This document shows, piece by piece, positions 42,662-52,669 of a stretch of 64,000 nt of DNA; position 1 is the first letter of the stretch; every line of letters starts with the position of its first letter. Below the pieces are notes generated by a model. It searched no databases, was not told where the DNA came from, and worked only from the letters and a program-made list of their open reading frames with translations. A program made the translations under genes and the position numbers. The DNA comes from Acidobacteriota bacterium (GTDB lineage: Bacteria; Acidobacteriota; UBA890; WLXD01): contig CBDFKD010000002.1 of the NCBI GenBank assembly GCA_965248695.1, positions 1,632,001 to 1,696,000 on the forward strand, written 5' to 3'.

Positions 42662-45384
42662 CTGGGAGGCATGGTGGACGCTTCCTCTACGTCGACCTCG
42701 ATACCACCAGCCAGCAAGGCGTTGAACAGCGCCCGGAACGTCCCGAAAGACTGACCACGCCACTGAGGCCGGAATCCGAGCAACACCACCTGCCCCTCAC
42801 CATGCTTCACCCGCAGCGCGGCGGCGTTGCCGTGCAGGTGCTCCTCGCCCAGCAGGTACCCGGATAGTAACGGTGAGGCCGCCTCGGAGAAGTGCATCAA
42901 CACCTCGCCGTCGAACCCCTCCAACGACCGAAACACCGGACTGCGCGAGACGGTCAGACTGGCGCGTCGCGGCATGCCGGCCATCAGCGGGTGGGTAGTA
43001 TCGACGACGACCTCCAGCTGCGAGATGCCAGCGAAGAACTCGTCTCGACCGAGATCCGCCAAGGCATTCTCGACCGGCAACCCGAGCGCGTCGATGGCGA
43101 ACAGACTGCTGTTGTTCATCGCCACCAGCGTGCCGCCGTCGTCCACGAAGCGCGCCAGTGCGCGTGCACCCTCCTCGCCGACGCCACCAGCGTAGCGCGG
43201 CGGTACAGTGCCGGCCGAGTGACCCTCTCTGATCTCGCGCTGCCGCGCATCGGGCAGCACCACTACGTCGTAGCGATCTCGCAGCCCACCAGCGCGCACA
43301 TCGGCGTCGCGCAGGGAACCGAACTCGAAGTCGTAGCCTTCCAGCAGCCAGCGCGTCCAACCCTCGTCCATGTTGGCGGTCCAGGGTCTGTAAAGACCGA
43401 TCCGCGGCCGTTGCAGTTGTACGCCGGCGACGGAGCGCCGTTCGGCGCGCAACGCCAATGACCGCACCATCTCTGCGGCCGCATCGGCCGACAATCCCGA
43501 GAGCACGTAGCGTGCCTCGTGTCCGGCCAGCAGCCGGACGCTACCGCCAGCCCGCCAGGTGCGATTCACGGCTCGGAAGGAGTTGTTCTCGGCCGGGCGC
43601 ACCGCCAGGGCAACGCCCTGACCGCCAACCGGGGCGGACGGCGGCACCAGCGCAGCAGCCACGGGGTCGGTGTCGAATCCCACGCCGGTGACCGAGTCGA
43701 ACGGTGCACGATCGTAGCTGGCGATCACCTCCGGGTTGGCGTCGCCGTCGCCTTGCCAGCCCGCACGATCGCCAGAAACCCGCTCGAGCGATGCGCGGAA
43801 GCCATCGTCGAGCGGCGTGGCGCCCGCGATCACCCGAACTCCCATCTGATACGGCAGCGTCCACCCGGCGGCATCGTAGGGCTGTTCGGGCGGGCCCTCC
43901 GGATATTCGCGCAGATCAGGGTACGCCTGCGCCTCCAGAACCTGGCGGGCTAGCTCGGCGTCCTCCTGTGCCATTGGCACGACCCAGGTACCAGCATCGA
44001 AGTTGCTGCCTTCGTACTCCAAGCCGTGCGCCAGCCGGTACACGCGCAACCCGTTGAACGCCAGACGCCGGAGCAGCTCCACCGCCGCCACCGGGTCGCG
44101 CTGATCGACTGGTATCAGATAGGCGTAGGGCGGATCCCGGCGGTACCGGAGAATCGTGTCACGCGCCGCCTGGTAGCGGTTGTACAGCAAGTCGGAGCGA
44201 TACTTGGCAGCGTAGTCGAGGGTGGCGATCGAGCCGGTAAGCATGTATTCCACCGCGTCACGCAGGCGCCACCAGCCGCCGCGCCACGGGCTCGGGTAGA
44301 GGGACTCGGATCGCAGCTCGCGACGGCCCTCAGGATAGTCGCGCAGGGTGTAGAACTTCGGCGTCGCGTAGGCGTAGAGCGCCGTCTCCGTCCACCACGA
44401 GGCGATGTTGCGCAACATCGGCATGTAGTCGACATAGCCGGGATACCAGGCGTCAAACCCGGTACCCATATGTACGGCGCCCGTCTGACCGCGCTCCTCC
44501 AGTGCCTGCGCGATCAACATACCGACGGCGTTCACCGTGCGCGACATCAGCGGGTGGACCCGTGTGGCAATCGGCTCGGCGAACGGCGGCAACCAGATGC
44601 GGGTCGGGAACGGCGACGACTGGTGGTGGATGTAGATGATCTGCGGCTCCCAATGACGCCATGTGCGCGCCAGCACACGGGACTCCACCATGTTGAGCAT
44701 GTAGCCGTCGCGGTTGTTGTCGTGGCCGACGTACTTCTGGTACAGCCATGGCATCGGCGACACTTCGTAGGGTGTCCCGACGTTGCCGCGGTACCAGTCG
44801 GCGATGAGATTCTGGCCGTCGGGGTTCACCGAGGGCCACAGCATCAGCACGACCTCGTCGAGGATCGCCTGGATCTCCGGATCGTCCGTGTTGCTCACCA
44901 GGTCATAGGCCAGCTGGATGGTGTGCTGGGCGTGTGCCACCTCGCTGGCGTGCAAGCCGCCGTCGATGTGCACGATCGCCTTGCCGCGAGCGGCCAGGGC
45001 GCGGGCCTCCTCATCGCTGAGCATCGGCGCGGCACCGTCGACGCCCAGCGGATGCGCCAGGCGCCGGGCGATATCCCGGTACTCGTCGACGCGCGCCAGA
45101 TTCTGGGGACTGGACACCAGGGCCATGTACCAGCGGCGGCCTTCCGAGCTGCGCCCCACCTCACGCAGCTCGATGCGATCGCTGGCGGCAGCCAGGGCGC
45201 GGAAGTAGGCCATCGAGTCGTCGTAGCTCGCGAGCTTGAAATCGGCCCCAACGCGGAACCCGAGAACCGATTCCGGCGTCGGCAGCGACGCCTGGAGCGC
45301 GGGCTCCGTAGGAGCTCCGGCGGCGGCGAACGACGAGCCGAGCCCGACGACGATGAGCGCGCAGATCGCGGTGCGTTTCTTCAT
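42658..45384 (-). CDS. Secreted M14-family zinc carboxypeptidase with C-terminal GATase-like domain
   Basis: Signal peptide, GGLHASE, NPDG, GHDNNRD, YIHHQ, YDAAGWTLP, MDEGWTRW. Confidence 0.9.
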   Translation of the reverse strand: MKKRTAICALIVVGLGSSFAAAGAPTEPALQASLPTPESVLGFRVGADFKLASYDDSMAYFRALAAASDRIELREVGRSSEGRRWYMALVSSPQNLARVDEYRDIARRLAHPLGVDGAAPMLSDEEARALAARGKAIVHIDGGLHASEVAHAQHTIQLAYDLVSNTDDPEIQAILDEVVLMLWPSVNPDGQNLIADWYRGNVGTPYEVSPMPWLYQKYVGHDNNRDGYMLNMVESRVLARTWRHWEPQIIYIHHQSSPFPTRIWLPPFAEPIATRVHPLMSRTVNAVGMLIAQALEERGQTGAVHMGTGFDAWYPGYVDYMPMLRNIASWWTETALYAYATPKFYTLRDYPEGRRELRSESLYPSPWRGGWWRLRDAVEYMLTGSIATLDYAAKYRSDLLYNRYQAARDTILRYRRDPPYAYLIPVDQRDPVAAVELLRRLAFNGLRVYRLAHGLEYEGSNFDAGTWVVPMAQEDAELARQVLEAQAYPDLREYPEGPPEQPYDAAGWTLPYQMGVRVIAGATPLDDGFRASLERVSGDRAGWQGDGDANPEVIASYDRAPFDSVTGVGFDTDPVAAALVPPSAPVGGQGVALAVRPAENNSFRAVNRTWRAGGSVRLLAGHEARYVLSGLSADAAAEMVRSLALRAERRSVAGVQLQRPRIGLYRPWTANMDEGWTRWLLEGYDFEFGSLRDADVRAGGLRDRYDVVVLPDARQREIREGHSAGTVPPRYAGGVGEEGARALARFVDDGGTLVAMNNSSLFAIDALGLPVENALADLGRDEFFAGISQLEVVVDTTHPLMAGMPRRASLTVSRSPVFRSLEGFDGEVLMHFSEAASPLLSGYLLGEEHLHGNAAALRVKHGEGQVVLLGFRPQWRGQSFGTFRALFNALLAGGIEVDVEEASTMPPR

Positions 45385-45511
45385 GGTCGCAATCTATCAC
45401 CGACAGAGCATCGGCTAGCCATCGTGTCGGGTGCGTAGAAGAATGGCGCTCGTCGCGCCGTGGCGCGACCCCCGAGCGTCCGAGCCCGGCGCCTTGCACC
45501 GTGAGACCATC

Positions 45512-48229
45512 ATGAAGAACCACGCTTTCCTGTCGGCCGCGCTGCTCGTCATGCTGGTCGCCACCCCGGCACCGGGTGCCGGTCAGGCACACCAAAGCTC
45601 GCAGCTGCAGTTCTATCCGGACGACGCGGGGTACCTCCCCGAGGTGCCTACCCTCGAACGGGTCGTGGGCCACGAATGGGGCGAGCGGGTGACCTCCCCG
45701 GAAGAGATCGAGCGTTATATCCACGCCCTCGCAGAAGCGTCGCCGCGCGTCTCCGTACACGAGTATGCGCGCACTTGGGAGGGACGCCGCCTCTACTACG
45801 TTGTGGTTGCTTCACAGACAAACATCGACAGGATCGAATCGCTTCGCGAGGCCAACCTGTCGCTTGCCGATCCACGCGCCACGTCGTCCACGCAGGCAGA
45901 GCAGATCATCGCCGACAACCCGGTGATCACCTGGCTGGCCTATGGCGTGCACGGCAACGAGATCTCCAGCGGCGATGCCGCCCTGCTGACGATGTACCAC
46001 CTCGCTGCCGCCGCCAACGACGAGCTTGCTGCCGAAGTTCTGGCCAACAGCGTGGTCATTCTCGACCCGATGCAGAACCCCGACGGACGCAATCGATTCG
46101 TCAGCCACTACCGCCAGTCGAAGGGCGTGTGGGCCGACTCCAATACCGCTTCGGTGGAGCTTCGAGAGCCCTGGCCTGGCGGCCGCACGAACCACTACCT
46201 GTTCGACCTGAACCGCGATTGGTTTGCGCAAACACAGCCCGAGAGCCGTGGCAAGGTGGCGGCGTTCATGCGCTGGCGACCGCAAGTCTATGTCGATCTG
46301 CACGAGATGGGCGGCGACTCGACCTATTACTTCCCGCCCCAGGCGCCGCCACAGAACCCGAACCAGACCGAGGACATCGCAAGCTGGATAGAGGAGGTCG
46401 GCCGCAACAACGCACGCTGGTTCGACCGCATGGGGTTCGACTACTTCACCGGTGAGGTCTTCGACGCCTTCTATCCCGGCTACGGCGTTTCATGGCCCAT
46501 GTTCCAGGGAGCGCTGGGAATGACCTACGAGCAGGCGTCGTCGCGCGGGCTGCTGCGTGAGCGCACCGACGAGACCGTGCTCGAGTACCGACATACCGTG
46601 CAGCACCATTTCATCGCCTCGCTTGCAACCGCCGAGACGGCGGCGAACAACCGCGTGGCGATCCTGCGCGACTTCTACGACTTCGGCGTCGAGGCGATCC
46701 AGAGCGGTGGCTTGGAGGACATCCGCGAGGTGATCATCACCCCCGGGAACGATCCGCGCCGCGTCGACAAGCTGGTACGCGGGTTCATGACACAGGGCGT
46801 CGAGGTGGCTCGCGCCACCGAGCCCTTCGGCAACGTGGTGAGTGACTACTACGGTGGCAATCCCGAGCGCCGGGAATTCCCGGCCGGCAGCTACCGGATC
46901 TCCATGGCACAGCCGGCCAAGCACCTCGTCAAGGTACTGCTGGCGCCGGAGACGCCGATGGACGAGGAGTTCTTGCGCCAGCAACGTCGGCGATACGAGC
47001 GCCGCCAGGGTGACCAGATCTACGACATCAGCGGCTGGTCGCTACCGCTGCTGTTCGACCTCGAGGCGTACACCGCCAGCGAGCCCTCGACGCCCGACAT
47101 GGTACTCAGCGGCGACCTGCTCGAGGCCCCGCCGGGTGTCAGCGGTAGCGTCCACGGCGGCCCGGCGCAGGTGGCCTACCTGGTGCCGTGGGGTGCCCAG
47201 GGAGCGGTGGAGGGGTTGGCGGCGCTGCACCACCACGACATTCGCGTCCACAGCGCCGGCGACTCCTTCAGCATCGGTGGCCGTGACTACCCAGCCGGAT
47301 CGCTGATCATCAAGGTGCACGACAACGGCGCTAACCTGCACACGGATCTGGAACGCATCGCCGCCAACCACAACGTCGACTTCTATCCCACCGATACCTC
47401 GTGGGTCGACGATGGCATCAACTTCGGCAGCAGGCGGGTACGGTACCTGCCGAAGCCGCGTATCGCGCTGGCCTGGGATCGTCCAACCAGCGCCAACTCT
47501 GCGGGTTGGGCGCGTTATCTGATCGAGGTGCCGTACCACTACCCGGTGACCATCGTTCGGGTCAGCGAGCTCACCACTGCGGATCTCGACGATTTCAACG
47601 TCCTGATCCTTCCGGACGCCTTCTCGTTCGGCGGCGGCGGAGGCTACGGCGACTCGTTCTCGGAACGCACGGTCGAGCGCATTGGTGAGTGGCTACAGGC
47701 CGGCGGTACGCTGATCACCCTCGGCAGCGCGACTCGCTGGTTAATCGCCGAAGACGTCGGGATGCTAGCGAGCTCGCTCAAGACCAAGATGAACGCCGAG
47801 GACGAGGAGGCCACCATGAGTGCGGACGGACTCAGCACCGGGCTTCCAGAGGGTGTCGTTCCAGAAGAGGAGGACCCCACGCCGCTCCCCGGTACCATCC
47901 TGCGCGCCCAGCTCGATCCCGAGCACTGGTTGGCGTTCGGGTACGGCGATCGAGTCAACCTGATCGCTCAGTCGCGCAACATCTACGAGCCGGTGCAGAT
48001 CGACGACGGCATCAACGTCGCGACCTATCTCTCCGGTGATGCGCTCAAGGTCTCGGGCGTCGCCTGGGACGACGAGCTGGAGCTCATCGCAGGTACTCCG
48101 TTTCTCATGCACCAGCCGCACGGCCGTGGGCATGTGGTGGCGTTCGCCGAGGATCCCAACTTCCGCGCCTACTTCGACGGTCTCAACCTGCTGTTCCTGA
48201 ACGGTGTGTTTCTGGGGCCTGGCTACTGA
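45512..48229 (+). CDS. Secreted M14-family zinc carboxypeptidase with C-terminal GATase-like domain
   Basis: Signal peptide, YGVHGNE, QNPDGR, GRTNHYLFDLNRDW, VDLHEMG, YDISGWSLP. Confidence 0.92.
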   Translation: MKNHAFLSAALLVMLVATPAPGAGQAHQSSQLQFYPDDAGYLPEVPTLERVVGHEWGERVTSPEEIERYIHALAEASPRVSVHEYARTWEGRRLYYVVVASQTNIDRIESLREANLSLADPRATSSTQAEQIIADNPVITWLAYGVHGNEISSGDAALLTMYHLAAAANDELAAEVLANSVVILDPMQNPDGRNRFVSHYRQSKGVWADSNTASVELREPWPGGRTNHYLFDLNRDWFAQTQPESRGKVAAFMRWRPQVYVDLHEMGGDSTYYFPPQAPPQNPNQTEDIASWIEEVGRNNARWFDRMGFDYFTGEVFDAFYPGYGVSWPMFQGALGMTYEQASSRGLLRERTDETVLEYRHTVQHHFIASLATAETAANNRVAILRDFYDFGVEAIQSGGLEDIREVIITPGNDPRRVDKLVRGFMTQGVEVARATEPFGNVVSDYYGGNPERREFPAGSYRISMAQPAKHLVKVLLAPETPMDEEFLRQQRRRYERRQGDQIYDISGWSLPLLFDLEAYTASEPSTPDMVLSGDLLEAPPGVSGSVHGGPAQVAYLVPWGAQGAVEGLAALHHHDIRVHSAGDSFSIGGRDYPAGSLIIKVHDNGANLHTDLERIAANHNVDFYPTDTSWVDDGINFGSRRVRYLPKPRIALAWDRPTSANSAGWARYLIEVPYHYPVTIVRVSELTTADLDDFNVLILPDAFSFGGGGGYGDSFSERTVERIGEWLQAGGTLITLGSATRWLIAEDVGMLASSLKTKMNAEDEEATMSADGLSTGLPEGVVPEEEDPTPLPGTILRAQLDPEHWLAFGYGDRVNLIAQSRNIYEPVQIDDGINVATYLSGDALKVSGVAWDDELELIAGTPFLMHQPHGRGHVVAFAEDPNFRAYFDGLNLLFLNGVFLGPGY

Positions 48230-48283
48230 GCACCGGCTTCCCGGGCACGTGATTCTGGGGCAACCGGTCTCCGTAGATCGCGC

Positions 48284-48532
48284 CTACTGCGGCGCGGTGT
48301 CGGTGGCGTCGTGCCAGTGGCCGTGTTCCGGCGACCAGACGCGGCCGGACGGTACGTCCTCTGCCTCGGAACCGCTGCGGATAATGCCGACGGTCACCAA
48401 AACGACGAGCACGGCGATGAGGATGGCGAAGCCGCGCCATAGCTTCTGGCTACTCGTTACCTTGCCCTCACAGCAACGCTTGTACTTGTCACCACTGCCG
48501 CACGGGCAGGGCTCATTGCGACCTACGCTCAC
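48284..48532 (-). CDS. Small SEC-C motif membrane protein
   Basis: [18 protein letters not shown], one TM, C-terminal [13 protein letters not shown]; AGGAG RBS. Confidence 0.82.
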   Translation of the reverse strand: MSVGRNEPCPCGSGDKYKRCCEGKVTSSQKLWRGFAILIAVLVVLVTVGIIRSGSEAEDVPSGRVWSPEHGHWHDATDTAPQ

Positions 48533-48542
48533 GATGGTCTCC

Positions 48543-48818
48543 TAGTGGCCTGTAACAGATGATCGTTGCCTATCGCAGATGGGATTTGCGGGTGAGATCA
48601 AGGCGCGGCGACGCTGTCGATGCTAGGGACATCATCGAGGAGCCGCAACGCCGAGATCACCCGCAACTGCCCATCTGTCCGGAGGATGGCGGCGAACTGG
48701 GCCCGCCTGCGGCGTTGCTCCTCCTTGAAAATGGGCGAACATTGTCTCGTCGGATCGCCTGGCATCCGGGCCCATTTCGTCACCACGATAGGCAACGATC
48801 ATCTGTTACAGGCCACTA
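48543..48818. mobile_element. MITE family B (276 bp) with perfect 33-bp terminal inverted repeats
   Basis: tagtggcctgtaacagatgatcgttgcctatcg (48543-48575) is the exact reverse complement of 48786-48818; two internal hairpins; no transposase. Confidence 0.9.
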
Positions 48819-48895
48819 ACTGGGGCGGTGTCACGGCACACTCAATATGCGCCCGACGACCGGCGTAGTTCAACCCCGGTACAATCGCTCGACCG

Positions 48896-50704
48896 ATGAC
48901 CGACCTCTCGCACGTACGCAACTTCTGCATCATTGCTCACATCGATCATGGCAAATCGACGCTTGCCGATCGATTGCTGCAGGCGTGCGGGGCGGTATCG
49001 GAGCGCGAGTTCCACGATCAGATGCTCGACACGATGGATCTCGAACAGGAGCGTGGAATCACCATCAAGAGCAACACGATCACGCTGTCGTACACGGCGG
49101 ACGACGGTCAGACGTACGAGCTGAACCTGATCGACACGCCGGGGCACGTGGATTTCTCGCACGAGGTGCGGCGGTCGTTGATGTCGTGTGAGGGGGCGCT
49201 GCTGCTGATCGACGCCGCGCAGGGCGTGGAAGCGCAAACGGTCGCCAACTTGTACCTGGCACTGGAGCACGATCTGGAGATCGTGCCGGTGATCAACAAG
49301 ATTGACCTGCCGGCGGCCGATCCGGAGCGCGTGCGCGAGCAGATCGACGCCGACCTGGGACTCGACCCGTTCGAGGTGGTGCTCGCCTCGGCCAAGGAAG
49401 GAACCGGCATCCACGACGTGCTCGAAGCCGTCGTCACCAAGCTGCCGGCGCCGCAAGGCGACGCGGAGGCGCCGCTGAAGGCGTTGATCTTCGACGCCAC
49501 GTATGACGCCTATCGCGGCGTAATCATGCTGGCCCGCATCGTCGACGGCACGCTCCACGCCGGGGACCCTGTAAAGCTGATGCACAGCGAGACGGAGTAC
49601 GAGATCGAGGAGGTCGGACAACTGAAGCTCGGCCGTGAGAAGAGCGCGCAGCTGACGGCCGGCGGGGTCGGCTACATCATCGCCGGGGTCAAGTCGGTGA
49701 GCGACATCGAGGTCGGCGACACGCTGACCCGCGCGGACGCGCCGGCCGCCGAACCGCTGCCGGGCTACGTTGCAGCCAAACCTGTTGTGTTCTCGTCGCT
49801 GTATCCGATGCAGGCCGACGAGTACGAGGACCTCAGCAAGGCGCTCGACAAGTTGAAGCTCAACGACGCTTCGCTGACCTACCAGAAGGACTCTTCCAGC
49901 GCGCTGGGGTTCGGGTACCGGTGTGGTTTTCTCGGCATGCTGCACCTGGAGATCGTGCAAGAACGGCTGACGCGCGAGTATGGGCTGTCGCTCTTGCTGA
50001 CAGCGCCGTCGGTGGAGTTCCACGTGCGCACCGCCGCCGGCGAGGACCTGGTGGTGGAGAACCCGGCCGAGTACCCCGACCCAGGGTCGATCGAGAGCGT
50101 CCAGGAGCCCTTCATCAAGGCATCGATCCTGATGCCCGACCGCTACCTCGGCGCGGTCATGGAGCTACTGCGCGACAAGCGCGGCGAGAACATCAAGTTC
50201 GACTACCTGGCGGTGGGTCGCGTCGACGTCACTGCCGACCTGCCGCTGGCCGAGGTTCTGTTCGACTTCTACGATCGTCTCAAGTCCATAACCCAGGGCT
50301 ACGGCTCGTTCGACTACGAGGTAACGGACTATCGGCCCACAGATCTGGTGAAGGTGGACATCCTGGTGAACGCTGAACGCGTCGACGCCCTCGCCATGCT
50401 CGTGCACCGCGAAAAGGCGCGCGGCCGCGCCCTGCACGCCTGCGACCAGCTGTCGAAGACGATCCCGCGACACAATTTCAAGATCCCCATCCAGGGCACC
50501 ATAGGTCGCGACATCATCGCCAGAAAGAACATCAACGCTTTCCGCAAGGACGTCACCGCCAAGTGCTACGGCGGCGACATCACGCGCAAGCGCAAGCTAC
50601 TCGAACGCCAGAAAGCCGGCAAGAAGCGCGCCCGCATGTTCGGCCAGGTAGAGATCCCGCAGGAGGCGTTCCTGTCGGTTCTACGCACCGACGCGGACAC
50701 CTGA
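48896..50704 (+). CDS. lepA: Elongation factor 4
   Basis: RNFCIIAHIDHGKSTLADR, LNLIDTPGHVDF, GYRCGFLGMLHLEI, RKDVTAKCYGGDITRKRKLL. Confidence 0.98.
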   Translation: MTDLSHVRNFCIIAHIDHGKSTLADRLLQACGAVSEREFHDQMLDTMDLEQERGITIKSNTITLSYTADDGQTYELNLIDTPGHVDFSHEVRRSLMSCEGALLLIDAAQGVEAQTVANLYLALEHDLEIVPVINKIDLPAADPERVREQIDADLGLDPFEVVLASAKEGTGIHDVLEAVVTKLPAPQGDAEAPLKALIFDATYDAYRGVIMLARIVDGTLHAGDPVKLMHSETEYEIEEVGQLKLGREKSAQLTAGGVGYIIAGVKSVSDIEVGDTLTRADAPAAEPLPGYVAAKPVVFSSLYPMQADEYEDLSKALDKLKLNDASLTYQKDSSSALGFGYRCGFLGMLHLEIVQERLTREYGLSLLLTAPSVEFHVRTAAGEDLVVENPAEYPDPGSIESVQEPFIKASILMPDRYLGAVMELLRDKRGENIKFDYLAVGRVDVTADLPLAEVLFDFYDRLKSITQGYGSFDYEVTDYRPTDLVKVDILVNAERVDALAMLVHREKARGRALHACDQLSKTIPRHNFKIPIQGTIGRDIIARKNINAFRKDVTAKCYGGDITRKRKLLERQKAGKKRARMFGQVEIPQEAFLSVLRTDADT

Positions 50705-51687
50705 TGCAACGTCTCCACCTTTGGATCGCCGTGGCCATCCTGGCCAGCGGCAGCGCGGTGGTTCGCAAGCTCGCCGCGATCGGAGCCGCCAACCTCATCG
50801 ACGGGCGCAATCCGATCTCGTTCTGCAACGTGTTGTTCGCCGGCAATCTGGTGGCGCTCGCGTTGATTCTGCTGGTGCATCGGACGGAGTGGTCGCGCGA
50901 CAACCTAGCCAAGGTCAGCAGCAACGAATGGTTGAGCATGGTGGCGGTGGCGTTGCTGTCCGTGGCCCTGGCGCCGGCGCTCATCTTCACCGCGCTGGAG
51001 CGCACCAGCGTAACCAGCGTCGTGCTCCTCGGACGCATCGAGCCGCCGCTCGTGCTGGCTCTGGGGGCCCTCGTCCTCGGCGACCTGCTCAGCCGCTGGG
51101 GCGTGATCGGCGCGCTAACGGTTCTGGCCGGGGTCGCCGCGTCGTTGCTGCTGCAGCCGATGATGGACGGGCTGATGTTCGGCCGCGGAGAGGCCTTCGC
51201 GCTGCTGGGCGCCGCCTGCCTGGCGGCCGGCACGGTTGTCGCCAAGGCGCGGCTGGGGAAGGTGCCGCTCGGTATCTTCGCCGGGACACGCATGGCCGTG
51301 GGCACGGTGGTGTTCGCCGTCGTCGTGATGACGCTGTTCGGACCGGTGCACTTCATCGATATCTTCGCGCCCAGATTGTGGGCGTGGATGCTGGTCTACG
51401 GCGGCATCGTGGTCACCGGCGGCCAGCTACTCTGGTTCTCGGGGTTGAGACGCAGCTCGACGTTGCAGGTCTCCATGGCCTCGTCAACGAGCCCGGTGAT
51501 CGCCGTGCTGGCGGCCTTCGTGATCCTCGGCGAGGTTCCCATGCAGGCGCAGCTAGCCGGCGGCGCCCTCATGCTCGTCGGCATCGGAATGGGCCTGTGG
51601 GCGGCAACGCACGACGCCGCGTCGGCGCCTGCGTCCACCTGCGGCGCCGCCGATTACGACGGCAATGTCGGCTTCAAGGGTGTCTAG
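50704..51687 (+). CDS. DMT/EamA-family transporter
   Basis: About 10 TM segments, GRNPISFCNVLF, LGRIEPP, FVILGEVP; TGATG overlap with lepA. Confidence 0.85.
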   Translation: MQRLHLWIAVAILASGSAVVRKLAAIGAANLIDGRNPISFCNVLFAGNLVALALILLVHRTEWSRDNLAKVSSNEWLSMVAVALLSVALAPALIFTALERTSVTSVVLLGRIEPPLVLALGALVLGDLLSRWGVIGALTVLAGVAASLLLQPMMDGLMFGRGEAFALLGAACLAAGTVVAKARLGKVPLGIFAGTRMAVGTVVFAVVVMTLFGPVHFIDIFAPRLWAWMLVYGGIVVTGGQLLWFSGLRRSSTLQVSMASSTSPVIAVLAAFVILGEVPMQAQLAGGALMLVGIGMGLWAATHDAASAPASTCGAADYDGNVGFKGV

Positions 51688-51834
51688 CAGGCCGTGGTGA
51701 AAGTGTGGCGGGCCTGGCGACAGGGTCCTGCGAGGTGGAGGCAAGGAGAGAGGAGGAGGCGATGGTTACCCCATCGTTGACGACGAACGACGCAGCATAC
51801 ACGCGCAACCCTCTGTCGCCCAAAGGGTTGCGGC
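51684..51834. mobile_element. MITE family A, left-half copy
   Basis: Colinear with 9348-9498, including an identical ggagagaggaggaggcgatggttaccccatcgttgacgac core; begins at the DMT stop codon. Confidence 0.88.
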
Positions 51835-51846
51835 AGCGTGACGGCG

Positions 51847-52584
51847 CTATCGATTCGTTTCGATCGCTCGGCGTGCCGTCTGAAAAATATCGATCAGCAT
51901 CTCGAGCGTCAGCTTGCCGGTAAACGTATTCTGCTGGCTCGGGTGGTAGGAGGCGATCAGCTCCAGGTCGCGGCGCGGGAATCGTCCGGTCGCGTCTGCA
52001 GGCGCAACGACGACTCGCCGACCGTGGCCGAAGCGCGGCTTGGGTCGCGGCACGTCCGCTCCGCGATCACGAAACAGACGCATTGATTGATCGTAGGCAA
52101 ACTGCCCCAACGCCACCACGGCGCGAATCCCCGGGCCCCCGAAGTCCAGGAGGTCGAGCTCGCGCTCCAGAAACGGGCGACAGGCTTCGCGCTCCGCAGG
52201 CGTCGGTTTGTTTCCCGGCGGCGCGCAGCGGTTGGCAGCGGTAATGAAGCAGTCATGGAGCTCCAGCCCGTCGGACACGTCGACTGCCTCGGCCTGGCTG
52301 GCAAAGCCGGTCTCGTAGAGCGCGCGATAAAGCCAGTCGCCGGACCGGTCGCCAGTAAACATCCGGCCCGTTCGGTTCGATCCGTGCGCTCCAGGCGCAA
52401 GGCCAACCAGCACCAGACGCGCCCGGCGGTCGCCGAACCCGGGCACCGGACGGCCCCAGTACTCCTGGTCACGGTATGCGGCTCGCTTCTCGCGTGCCAT
52501 GCGCTCGCGGTGCTCGACGAGGCGCGGGCACAGGCGACACTCGACGATCTCACCGTCGAGTTGCGCCCAATCGGAGGCGCTCAC
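51847..52584 (-). CDS. Uracil-DNA glycosylase family 5 (UdgB-like, Fe-S)
   Basis: CRLCPRL, YWGRPVPGFGD, GLAPGAHGSNRTGRMFTGDRSG, RCAPPGNKP, SYHPSQQNTFTG; start approximate. Confidence 0.9.
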   Translation of the reverse strand: MSASDWAQLDGEIVECRLCPRLVEHRERMAREKRAAYRDQEYWGRPVPGFGDRRARLVLVGLAPGAHGSNRTGRMFTGDRSGDWLYRALYETGFASQAEAVDVSDGLELHDCFITAANRCAPPGNKPTPAEREACRPFLERELDLLDFGGPGIRAVVALGQFAYDQSMRLFRDRGADVPRPKPRFGHGRRVVVAPADATGRFPRRDLELIASYHPSQQNTFTGKLTLEMLIDIFQTARRAIETNR

Positions 52585-52669
52585 CGCGAGCTCCGGCAAT
52601 GCGCCGCATAGCTGAGGCCGGCGGAGCAAAGTCCTATCACATGGGACCGGCTCTTGGTGGCAGGGCCCA

